This document shows positions 56,513 to 64,000 of a stretch of DNA of 64,000 nt, one piece after another. This DNA comes from an uncultured Bdellovibrionales bacterium (GTDB lineage Bacteria; Patescibacteriota; Minisyncoccia; Moranbacterales; UBA1568), in contig CAZTBI010000002.1 of assembly GCA_964612055.1 (NCBI GenBank), positions 5,632 to 69,631 on the forward strand, given 5' to 3'. A program made the translations under genes and the position numbers. Numbering within the stretch: position 1 is the first letter of the stretch; the number at the start of each line of letters is the position of its first letter. The notes beneath the pieces were generated by a model. That model worked only from the letters and a program-made list of their open reading frames with translations, ran no database searches and was not told where the DNA came from.

Positions 56513-59128
56513 ATGACCCTGAATCAAATCAAACGCCGTGATGGAGAAATCGTTCCTTTCGATCGAGCCCGTATTGAAGTTGCCATCACGGCTGCTTGTG
56601 ATGCGATCGGTGAAACCGAAAAGGACTTTATTACAAAAATGACTGATGATGTTGTCGCTGATCTCATCGCTTCTTGTGACAGTGGCGCGAACAGTCATGT
56701 TCCTTCTGTTGAAAAGATTCAGGACCTCGTAGAGAAACACCTCATGAAGGAGGGGAAGTATGAGATCGCCAAAGCCTACATCCTCTACCGTGAAAAGCAG
56801 CAGGAAAAACGCGATGAGAAAAAGGAGAAGTTAGTGGAACAATTCGAACAACACTCGCTCACCGTGACGAAGGCGAACGGATCGAAGGAGCTCTTCGATA
56901 TGAAAAAGATCAAAGCAGTTTTTGATCGCGCTGCTGTTGGCTACGAAAAGGATTGCACGTATGAAGCAATGATTGAGGCCTTCAAGAAAAATATTGTCGA
57001 TGAGATCAAGACCTCTGATATTAGCAAGCTCCTCATCAAGACTTGCGTTGACTTGGTCACCGTAGAAAATATTTTCTGGCAAAATATTGCGGCTCGTATT
57101 CTCTTGGGAGACATCTACAAACAAGCTATTAAAAATCGTGGTCTGGAACAGAAAGATATCTATTCTCCAGAAGCGTACCAGAAACACTTCGATGACTATA
57201 TCGAACGTGGCTTGTACTACAAGGATTTCTATCAGTACTACTCCAAAGAAGATATCCTCGAAGCAGGTCGTCATCTCTCCAAAGATACTGATACCAATTA
57301 TGAGTACACTACCGTGGTCTCATTCATCAAGCGCTATCTCTTGAATCCCAACAAGATCACGCGTGAATTGCCACAGGAGATGTATATGTCGGTAGCCCTC
57401 TTTTTGGCTATCCCTGAACCAGCCGAGAATCGCCTCAAATTCGCCCTTCAGGTCTACAAACACTGTTCCGAACAACGTATCTCGCTGCCGACCCCAACAC
57501 TCTTAAACGCCCGTACCAACTATCACCAACTTTCAAGCTGCTTCAAAATCAATATCAATGATGACCTGCGCGCCATCTACCATGCCATCGAAAACATGGC
57601 TCAAATCTCGAAGTTCGGTGGTGGTGTCGGAGTCTATCTCGGCAATATCCGTTCCCGTGGTAGCTCTATTCGTGGTGTAAAGGGCATGTCAGGCGGTGTC
57701 AATCCATGGGTCAAAGTGATCAACGATACGGCTGTAGCCGTCAACCAACTCGGTTCTCGTCTCGGCGCTATTTCAGTCACGCTCGATATCTGGCACCTCG
57801 ATATTCATGACTTCCTCGATCTTCAAACTGAGACCGGTGACATAAGGGCCAAGGCTTTCGATATCTTCCCGGCCGTTTCTATTCCGGACCTTTTCATGAA
57901 GCGTTTGCAGGATGATGCCAACATCACCCTCTTTGATCCTCATGAGATCGAAGAGCTCTATGGGAAGCGTTTGCAGGATAGTTTCGATAAAGAATTCGAA
58001 ACTTTTTACCTGGCAGCCGAGCAAGATGAACGCATCACCATGAAGAAGTCCATCAAAGCCAAAGAACTCTTCAAAAAGTTCTTGAAATCGACCGTGGAAA
58101 CAGGGATGCCGTACGTCTTCTTCCGTGATACCGTCAATCGCTTGAACCCAAACAAACACGTCGGCAACATCTACTCTACCCAGCTCTGTACCGAAATCTG
58201 TCAGAATACTTCAGACACCAAGTTCATCGAAGAAACTATCGAAGACGGCAAGATTATCATCCGTTACGAACCTGGGGATTTGGTAGTCTGTAACCTCGCC
58301 TCAATCAACATCGCTACTGTTTTTGAGGAAGCAACCATCGCTGACGTCTTCCCAGTTGTCATGCGTGTCTTGGATAACGTGGTGACGCTCAACTACTACC
58401 CAATCAAAGAGGCTGAGCGTACGTCCAAGCGTTACCGGAGCGTGGGCTTAGGCTATCTCGGTCTCGCCGAATACCTCGCCACTCACAAACTCGCCTACGA
58501 CAGCGAAGCCGCGCGCAAAGAAGTCGACCGTCTCTTCGAACGCTATACCTACTACACCTACCGTGCTTCCATCGATCTCGCCAAAGAACGTGGTACCTAC
58601 GATCTCTATCCTGGCAGCGAATATTCCAAAGGCATCCTTCTCGGACGTGAAAGTGAATGGTTTGAGAAAAATACACCACACGCCGCTGACTGGAAGCAAC
58701 TCTTCGCCGATATGCAGACCGATGGCGTCCGCTTCGCCTACCACACCGCTCCCGCTCCTAATACCTCGACCGCTGGTGTCGTCGGTACCACTGCTGCGCT
58801 CCTGCCAATCTACAAGAAGTTCTTTGTTGAGACCAACCTTTCGGCCCCAACGCTCCGCGTCGCTCCAAAACTCTCCAAAGAAAACTTCTGGTATTACAAG
58901 GAGTACATCAACATGAACATGAATGACGTCATCGATATGATGGCCGTCATCTACCCCTGGATTGACCAGTCAGTCTCGTTTGAATGGATGATTGATCCGT
59001 CCCGAGTCAGTCCCGCTCAACTCTACGGTTACTACGTCAAGGCCTGGGAGCAAGGGATCAAGACTGTCTACTATGTACGCAGTCTCTCAGCCGAAGTGAA
59101 AGATGACTGTGTCAGCTGTAGCGGTTAG
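56513..59128 (+). CDS. nrdA: class I ribonucleoside-diphosphate reductase alpha subunit (with N-terminal ATP-cone)
   Basis: ATP-cone RRDGEIVPFDRARIEVAI; catalytic NLCTEI (CNLASINIA), C-terminal CVSCSG redox tail; 871 aa; followed by the beta subunit. Confidence 0.85.
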   Translation: MTLNQIKRRDGEIVPFDRARIEVAITAACDAIGETEKDFITKMTDDVVADLIASCDSGANSHVPSVEKIQDLVEKHLMKEGKYEIAKAYILYREKQQEKRDEKKEKLVEQFEQHSLTVTKANGSKELFDMKKIKAVFDRAAVGYEKDCTYEAMIEAFKKNIVDEIKTSDISKLLIKTCVDLVTVENIFWQNIAARILLGDIYKQAIKNRGLEQKDIYSPEAYQKHFDDYIERGLYYKDFYQYYSKEDILEAGRHLSKDTDTNYEYTTVVSFIKRYLLNPNKITRELPQEMYMSVALFLAIPEPAENRLKFALQVYKHCSEQRISLPTPTLLNARTNYHQLSSCFKININDDLRAIYHAIENMAQISKFGGGVGVYLGNIRSRGSSIRGVKGMSGGVNPWVKVINDTAVAVNQLGSRLGAISVTLDIWHLDIHDFLDLQTETGDIRAKAFDIFPAVSIPDLFMKRLQDDANITLFDPHEIEELYGKRLQDSFDKEFETFYLAAEQDERITMKKSIKAKELFKKFLKSTVETGMPYVFFRDTVNRLNPNKHVGNIYSTQLCTEICQNTSDTKFIEETIEDGKIIIRYEPGDLVVCNLASINIATVFEEATIADVFPVVMRVLDNVVTLNYYPIKEAERTSKRYRSVGLGYLGLAEYLATHKLAYDSEAARKEVDRLFERYTYYTYRASIDLAKERGTYDLYPGSEYSKGILLGRESEWFEKNTPHAADWKQLFADMQTDGVRFAYHTAPAPNTSTAGVVGTTAALLPIYKKFFVETNLSAPTLRVAPKLSKENFWYYKEYINMNMNDVIDMMAVIYPWIDQSVSFEWMIDPSRVSPAQLYGYYVKAWEQGIKTVYYVRSLSAEVKDDCVSCSG

Positions 59129-59178
59129 AAAAAGCTGGGAACAGGTGGATAGGATATATAACAAAAAGGACAAGATCT

Positions 59179-60222
59179 ATGACCGAAGAAATGAAGCGCA
59201 ATCTCATGTTCAACCCGAAAGGGGATGATGCCGTTGCGGTACGTACCATCATCAAAGGCGCTACCACCGGGTTATTCAACTTAAACGCTACCAAATACCC
59301 TTGGGCCAAGTCACTCTACCAGGTAATGGTGGGGAACTTCTGGGTACCAGAAAAAGTCTCAGGGCTCAAGGATGACGCTCGCATGTTTCACGCTGACCTG
59401 AGCCCAGATGAACAAAAGGCCTACAAGGGCATCTTGTCCTTCTTGATCTTCCTCGACTCTATCCAAACGGTCAATTTACCGCACTTTGCTGATTACATCA
59501 CCTCTCCTGAGGTCAATCTCATCCTGGCAATTCAGGCCTATCAAGAAGCTATTCACTCACAATCCTACGCTACTATCCTCGAATCCGTAGTGGAAAGTGA
59601 GGAACGCGACGAGATCTATTACTTTTGGCGCACTGATGAGACACTCCTCAAACGCAACAAGTATATTGGTCAAATCTACCAGGATTTCACGGATAATCCT
59701 TCTGATAAGACCTTTTTCCGCGGTATTGTGGCCAATTTCCTCCTCGAATCCATCTACTTCTACAATGGTTTCGCCTTCTTCGATACCTTGGTAGACCACA
59801 TGAAGATGCTCGCTACCGGCCGCATGATCGCTTATATCCGCCGCGATGAACTGACTCATGTCACTATCTTTGCCAATATCATCCGAGAAATTAAGCGTGA
59901 ATTCCCGGAAATCTACGACGAAGCCCTGATCAAAGAAATGATGGCGGAGGCAGTGCGACAGGAAGTCGAATGGGGCAAGCATATCCTAGGTAACAAAATT
60001 CCTGGCATTAGCGGCGAAGCGACCGAAAGCTACACCAAATGGCTCGCCAATAACCGGCTTGCTATGCTCAATATCGACCCGCTCTATCCAGAGGCTGTCA
60101 CCAACCCGTACAAACACCTCGATCGCCTCCAAGACACCAATAGCGACAAAGGAAACTTCTTTGAGACAACCGTCGTAAACTACACGCAGTCAACCAGCAT
60201 GAAGGGCAGTTGGGACTTCTAA
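59179..60222 (+). CDS. nrdB: class I ribonucleotide reductase beta subunit (ferritin-like di-iron)
   Basis: Di-iron ligand motifs FLDSIQTVN..., QEAIHSQSYATILES, GFAFFDTL...ELTHVTIF; 347 aa. Confidence 0.85.
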   Translation: MTEEMKRNLMFNPKGDDAVAVRTIIKGATTGLFNLNATKYPWAKSLYQVMVGNFWVPEKVSGLKDDARMFHADLSPDEQKAYKGILSFLIFLDSIQTVNLPHFADYITSPEVNLILAIQAYQEAIHSQSYATILESVVESEERDEIYYFWRTDETLLKRNKYIGQIYQDFTDNPSDKTFFRGIVANFLLESIYFYNGFAFFDTLVDHMKMLATGRMIAYIRRDELTHVTIFANIIREIKREFPEIYDEALIKEMMAEAVRQEVEWGKHILGNKIPGISGEATESYTKWLANNRLAMLNIDPLYPEAVTNPYKHLDRLQDTNSDKGNFFETTVVNYTQSTSMKGSWDF

Positions 60223-60254
60223 CCCACACTCTTTATTTGGAAATAGAAAAAAAA

Positions 60255-60283
60255 GATATCCCGGATCAGTCCGGGATTTTTTC
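60255..60283 (+). terminator. rho-independent terminator after nrdB
   Basis: ATCCCGGA(tcagt)CCGGGAT followed by TTTTTTCT. Confidence 0.6.
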
Positions 60284-60331
60284 TGAAAAAATGTGCTATA
60301 CTAGCGGGGTAGTATAGCTTCTTTTTTTACT

Positions 60332-61282
60332 ATGAAAAAAAATATAAAAGCCTTCTTAGTAGTTTTAGGTCTTCTCTCGATGAGCTTCGCCTTTACTCCA
60401 GAAACCAGAGCTCAAGCTCCTCAGGCTGGACTTCAGTATCAACTCTTGGAAAAAATTCCTTTCACGAACGACGTTAGCGGCAGTGATCTCCCGAGCTACG
60501 TCAGCGCGCTCTATAAAGTAGCCCTCATTGTTGTCACGCTCTCAGCCGTCCTCATGCTCTCTATTGGTGGTTTCATGTACCTAACCAGTGCTGGCAACAC
60601 CGCTTCCATGGGGAATGCCAAGGGCATTATTTATGACTCTCTCATCGGTCTCGTTATTGCTCTTGCTGCCTGGCTTATCCTCTATATCATCAACCCTGAT
60701 CTGGTCAAAATAAGTTTGAAGGTTCTCCCTCCCGTGACGCCCTTAACCGGTCAAGCAGGGACTCCAGAGGGTCTCGGCACACTCCCTCCTGAAAGCACAG
60801 TCGAACTCGCCAAACAAATCCTTGCCAGTGGAAATATCAACCTGGCTTCTTCTGGAAGCTGCAAAAGCCCAAGCGGCACAGTTTCTCCGAGAAAAAATAT
60901 TGAGGATGTGGCCGCCGGAAAAAGGATGGCTGCTTGTTATGCTGGCCCGAGATGCGTCGCTGAAGGGGAAAGAGGCTGCGCAGATGATGCCGTACGCCCA
61001 AGCGAGACCATGCTCAAAGCTATTTGGACTGTCGGCCAGAGCCAGCGATTCACCATCACCAGTATGAGCGGCGGACCACACGGCGCGAATTCCGCTCACT
61101 ACAAAGGCCAGGCCATCGATATCTCTCCCGCTACTCAAGCGCTGATGGATGCCTTCACCAAGGAAGGAGCGGCGGCACCGAATGGCCAAAGTGCCTCTAT
61201 GTGCGAAAATGAAAATGGCAAGAATGTTGGTTGCGCCCAAGGCAGCGGAGCTGACCATATCCACCTCGTTTTCCCGAATTAG
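60332..61282 (+). CDS. fusion protein: N-terminal TrbC/VirB2-pilin-like domain plus C-terminal M15 (VanY/LAS-type) zinc peptidase domain
   Basis: Signal peptide, then two TM helices (VALIVVTLSAVLMLSIGGFMYL ... LIGLVIALAAWLILYII) separated by a short loop as in VirB2/TrbC pilins; C-terminus has SGGPHGANSAHYKGQAIDIS (H-x6-D) and GADHIHLVF (D-x-H) zinc-peptidase motifs. Confidence 0.55.
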   Translation: MKKNIKAFLVVLGLLSMSFAFTPETRAQAPQAGLQYQLLEKIPFTNDVSGSDLPSYVSALYKVALIVVTLSAVLMLSIGGFMYLTSAGNTASMGNAKGIIYDSLIGLVIALAAWLILYIINPDLVKISLKVLPPVTPLTGQAGTPEGLGTLPPESTVELAKQILASGNINLASSGSCKSPSGTVSPRKNIEDVAAGKRMAACYAGPRCVAEGERGCADDAVRPSETMLKAIWTVGQSQRFTITSMSGGPHGANSAHYKGQAIDISPATQALMDAFTKEGAAAPNGQSASMCENENGKNVGCAQGSGADHIHLVFPN

Positions 61283-61310
61283 ACTTTCGTTTCTTCTGAA
61301 CTCTATAGTT

Positions 61311-62447
61311 ATGGCGAAAAAGATTTTTTTCTTTTCTTTGGGTTTTTTTATCCTAGTACTCATCTTTCTCGGTGCCTACAACTTTGCTTTTAAGAATAAC
61401 GTTAACGATCCCGTCGCCGACCCAACCAAGAAAGAGTTTGGGAAAGAAGAGGAAGTCGTCGCTTCACCAGAGAGTATTACCAATCCTATCAATGAGGCTG
61501 TCTTAGGAGCGACAGCGGGAGAGGATGAGGCGCTTTACTATTACTCTCTCGATGACCAGTCACTGAAGAAAGCCACACTTGAGGGAAGAAACAAGACCGT
61601 CCTCATGAGTAACCTCCCTGGGACTGCCAGCCGCGTCCTCTGGTCACCCAAGAAAGACAAGGTTCTCCTGCTCTTGAAACAATCGGGTACTGGCGGCACA
61701 CTCTGGTATAGTGCCAATGTCACCACCAAATCACTCACCCCGCTCAAAGCCGAGATGTCACGCCTCACCTGGGATAATCTGGGGGAAAAACTTTTCTATC
61801 AATATACTGATCCGACTTCCGGAAAACGTTCCTTAAATATTGCTAACACTGATGGTAGCGCTTGGAAAAAGTTAGCTGATCTCGGAACGAAAGATTCTTT
61901 TCTCGCTTCTGTTCCACAAAGTAGTCTGGTATCGTTTTGGGCACGACCTCTGGCCAGAGAAAAATCACCCCTTGAGACTGTGAACACTGTAGGCGAGAGT
62001 CGTCGCACCCTCTCGGGAGACTTTTTTGGCAGTGATTACTCCTGGGCACCCAATGGCGAAAATATCGTCATAAGTGGCAGCAATACGAGCGACGGCAGCC
62101 CTTCGCTCCGTGTTCTCCCAAGCACCGGAGGAAAAGCGAGTGACCTCTCAATCCCAACACTTATTTCAAAAACAACCTGGTCCAAAGACGGGCGCACTCT
62201 CTACTACGCACTTCCAGGTGCTCTGCCAGAAGGATCCATTCTCCCCGATGACTACTTCGGAAAACCTCTCTACACCAAGGACACTTTTTGGAAGGTAGAT
62301 GTCGTCACTGGTAAAAAAACACGCCTCATTGAATTGAAAGAAAACACCCAGGCTCTCGATAGTAGCGACCTCTTCCTTTCACCAAAAGAAGATTTCCTCT
62401 ACTTTACTGACCGTGTCAGTAAACGCCTCTACAGCATAGAACTCTAA
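61311..62447 (+). CDS. membrane-anchored beta-propeller (TolB/PD40-like) protein
   Basis: Start at MAKKIFFFSLGFFILVLIFLGAY (TM anchor); repeated ...LYY.S.D...G...L... blades; start chosen to avoid overlap with upstream gene. Confidence 0.5.
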   Translation: MAKKIFFFSLGFFILVLIFLGAYNFAFKNNVNDPVADPTKKEFGKEEEVVASPESITNPINEAVLGATAGEDEALYYYSLDDQSLKKATLEGRNKTVLMSNLPGTASRVLWSPKKDKVLLLLKQSGTGGTLWYSANVTTKSLTPLKAEMSRLTWDNLGEKLFYQYTDPTSGKRSLNIANTDGSAWKKLADLGTKDSFLASVPQSSLVSFWARPLAREKSPLETVNTVGESRRTLSGDFFGSDYSWAPNGENIVISGSNTSDGSPSLRVLPSTGGKASDLSIPTLISKTTWSKDGRTLYYALPGALPEGSILPDDYFGKPLYTKDTFWKVDVVTGKKTRLIELKENTQALDSSDLFLSPKEDFLYFTDRVSKRLYSIEL

Positions 62448-62461
62448 AAAGAAAAAGCTCC

Positions 62462-63748
62462 TCACTCCCCAGATGGGGAGTTTTTCTTTTCCTGACTCTT
62501 GATATTCGAAAAACCAAGCGCGAGAAGTAGCGCAAAACCCAGTGCCAAATCATTCTTGAAATACGGAGTATCCGTCACTCCGTAAACAAGTGTCAGGAGA
62601 AGTAGCGCCAAAGTCAGCGCTGCTGTCAGGCGCTTCACTTCATTTACTTCAGAGACGAGGGATTGAAACGCGAGGTAGCCGAAACGCCCAACCAAAAGAA
62701 GGAAGCCGAAAAAACCCGTGAGACCGGTACTGAGAAGAACCGCGAGATACAGGTTGTGCGGCTCTGGAACAGCCCATTCCAAATAGGGAGGAAAATACTT
62801 CTGATATTCGAGGTACTCCGCCTGAAACCTGCCTGGGCCAATACCGAAGACGAGGTTGTCCTGGAGTATCTTTTCAGCGGCCCGCCAGATCATCACCCGT
62901 GAAGCAAGCGAGGAGCGAGTATCAGAAGAGAATGTGGCCTGCCATTTTTCACTCCCATGCTCAAAGAAAAAGAATGTTCCTATAGAAAAGAGAACGATCA
63001 GAATAAGGGAAAGTGTCTTTTTGGAAAAATGCTGAAAAATGCGGCTCCCGAAAAGAAAAAAGGTTATCGCTCCAAAAAGCGCTCCCCAGACTCCATAGGA
63101 ACGGGTAAAGAAAAGTACCACGAGAACCAAGGCGCTTCCGGAAAAAAGAAGTGCCTGTTGGAAAAAATTCTTTCCACCTTGTTCCTCGGAAAGGAATGAG
63201 AGATAGAGGGCGATGAGCGGAGCAGGAGCCAAGAAAAAAGCCAGGAAGTTCGGAGAAGGATATGGTCCGGAAAGTCGATGATCATAAGTCAACACATCAG
63301 CAAAGAGAAAAAAGAGGGTACCGATAGCAGTGGCAAGAAGCATCAGAAACCAAGCAAAGAAAAAGGCTTCGCGCTTTTCCAAGGTTCTCGTCTCAGAAAA
63401 AATGAGCCACCCGGCCAAGAAAGGAAAGAAAAACCAAGACTTGAGCATCCCCAAGCCCATCAGAGAAAATGGGTTAACAGAAAATGAAAGAATAGCGCCA
63501 AGACAGAACAGGACCACTCCGACAAGAAACGGCGTGTCTCTCAAAAAAAACTTGTCCTGCTTTTCTTTGAGACAAGAAAGTGAAAAAAAGACGAGGGCTA
63601 TAGTAATAGCTATCTCATGAAGATAGAGTGGTAGGCCAAAAGGGAGCACCTTCACCTGGGCAAAGGGTAACAAAAAAACAGCTACGATGAGCAGGAAGGA
63701 TACCAGATTATGCTCGAGGAGAGATGGTTTCATGTCTGTAGGATACAC
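62462..63748 (-). CDS. O-antigen ligase (Wzy_C/WaaL) family membrane protein
   Basis: 10 or more TM helices; VFGIGPGRFQAEYLEYQKYFPPYLEWAVPEPHNLYLAVLLSTGLTGFFGFLLLVG matches the Wzy_C core. Confidence 0.7.
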   Translation of the reverse strand: MYPTDMKPSLLEHNLVSFLLIVAVFLLPFAQVKVLPFGLPLYLHEIAITIALVFFSLSCLKEKQDKFFLRDTPFLVGVVLFCLGAILSFSVNPFSLMGLGMLKSWFFFPFLAGWLIFSETRTLEKREAFFFAWFLMLLATAIGTLFFLFADVLTYDHRLSGPYPSPNFLAFFLAPAPLIALYLSFLSEEQGGKNFFQQALLFSGSALVLVVLFFTRSYGVWGALFGAITFFLFGSRIFQHFSKKTLSLILIVLFSIGTFFFFEHGSEKWQATFSSDTRSSLASRVMIWRAAEKILQDNLVFGIGPGRFQAEYLEYQKYFPPYLEWAVPEPHNLYLAVLLSTGLTGFFGFLLLVGRFGYLAFQSLVSEVNEVKRLTAALTLALLLLTLVYGVTDTPYFKNDLALGFALLLALGFSNIKSQEKKNSPSGE

Positions 63749-64000
63749 CAGCTGCTATGAGAAGGAGAAGGGCCGGTAAAACGTGAACGGAAAAAAGTGG
63801 TGTCTCAAAAAAAGCATGCGCCAAGAAGATAACTAGGGCTGTAAGAAGCGAAAGAGCAAGCCAATCATCTTTTTTTATCTTCCACCAAAGAAAAAGTCTA
63901 GCACTAGAAAGTACAAGCATCCCGAGAAAAAAGAAGAGGCCGATGAAACCTACTTCCACCGCAATATCGAGAAAAAGATTATGCGCATAGATAGGCTCCC
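63708..64000 (-). CDS. O-antigen ligase-like membrane protein, C-terminal fragment (N-terminus beyond window end)
   Basis: GFIGLFFFLGMLVLSSARLFLWWKIKKDDWLALSLLTALVIFLAHAFFETPLFSVHVLPALLLLIAAG resembles the Wzy_C C-terminal region; ORF open to window edge. Confidence 0.4.
   Translation of the reverse strand, partial: EPIYAHNLFLDIAVEVGFIGLFFFLGMLVLSSARLFLWWKIKKDDWLALSLLTALVIFLAHAFFETPLFSVHVLPALLLLIAAGVSYRHETISPRA

Overview
This 64-kb window looks like part of a small, reduced bacterial genome, probably a CPR/Patescibacteria-like lineage. The evidence is many housekeeping genes, numerous tRNAs, no rRNA, standard genetic code, and roughly 45% GC with two ~58-60% GC patches. Left third (803-12577, all on the minus strand): a type IV secretion-like cluster. 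It contains a giant Cys-rich surface protein, a CPBP/CAAX-protease-like membrane protein, a VirB4 ATPase split into two ORFs, a PrgI/VirB3-like protein, a VirB6-like polytopic protein and a LysM-CHAP peptidoglycan hydrolase. It is flanked by tRNA-Leu and a XerD-type tyrosine recombinase, and I see no coupling ATPase or relaxase. Middle: core genes pcrA, rsmA, comM/yifB, lspA, pnp-rpsO, gyrA, rpsA, gmk, tilS, ftsH, rbfA, nrnA and udg, plus an ECF sigma/anti-sigma pair. Right third: rplS, rluD, 2-hydroxyacid dehydrogenase, peroxiredoxin, SOD, class I RNR nrdAB, a pilin-like/M15-peptidase fusion, and O-antigen-ligase paralogs. I call 12 tRNAs plus one tRNA-like fragment. The most unusual feature is a family of 14 copies of the perfect 16-bp palindrome TGTTCCACGTGGAACA at 40364-41709. 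Most copies are in 49-bp tandem units, and all lie in frame inside an O-antigen-ligase-like gene. Other points worth a second look are duplications of tRNA 3' ends (tRNA-Ala, tRNA-Gly) suggesting integration scars, a GC-rich three-gene patch (47.5-49.1 kb), a GC-rich structured non-coding stretch between gyrA and rpsO, and a pseudoknotted intergenic region at 23.0-23.5 kb. All calls are from reading sequence, motifs and the ORF track; no database search was possible.
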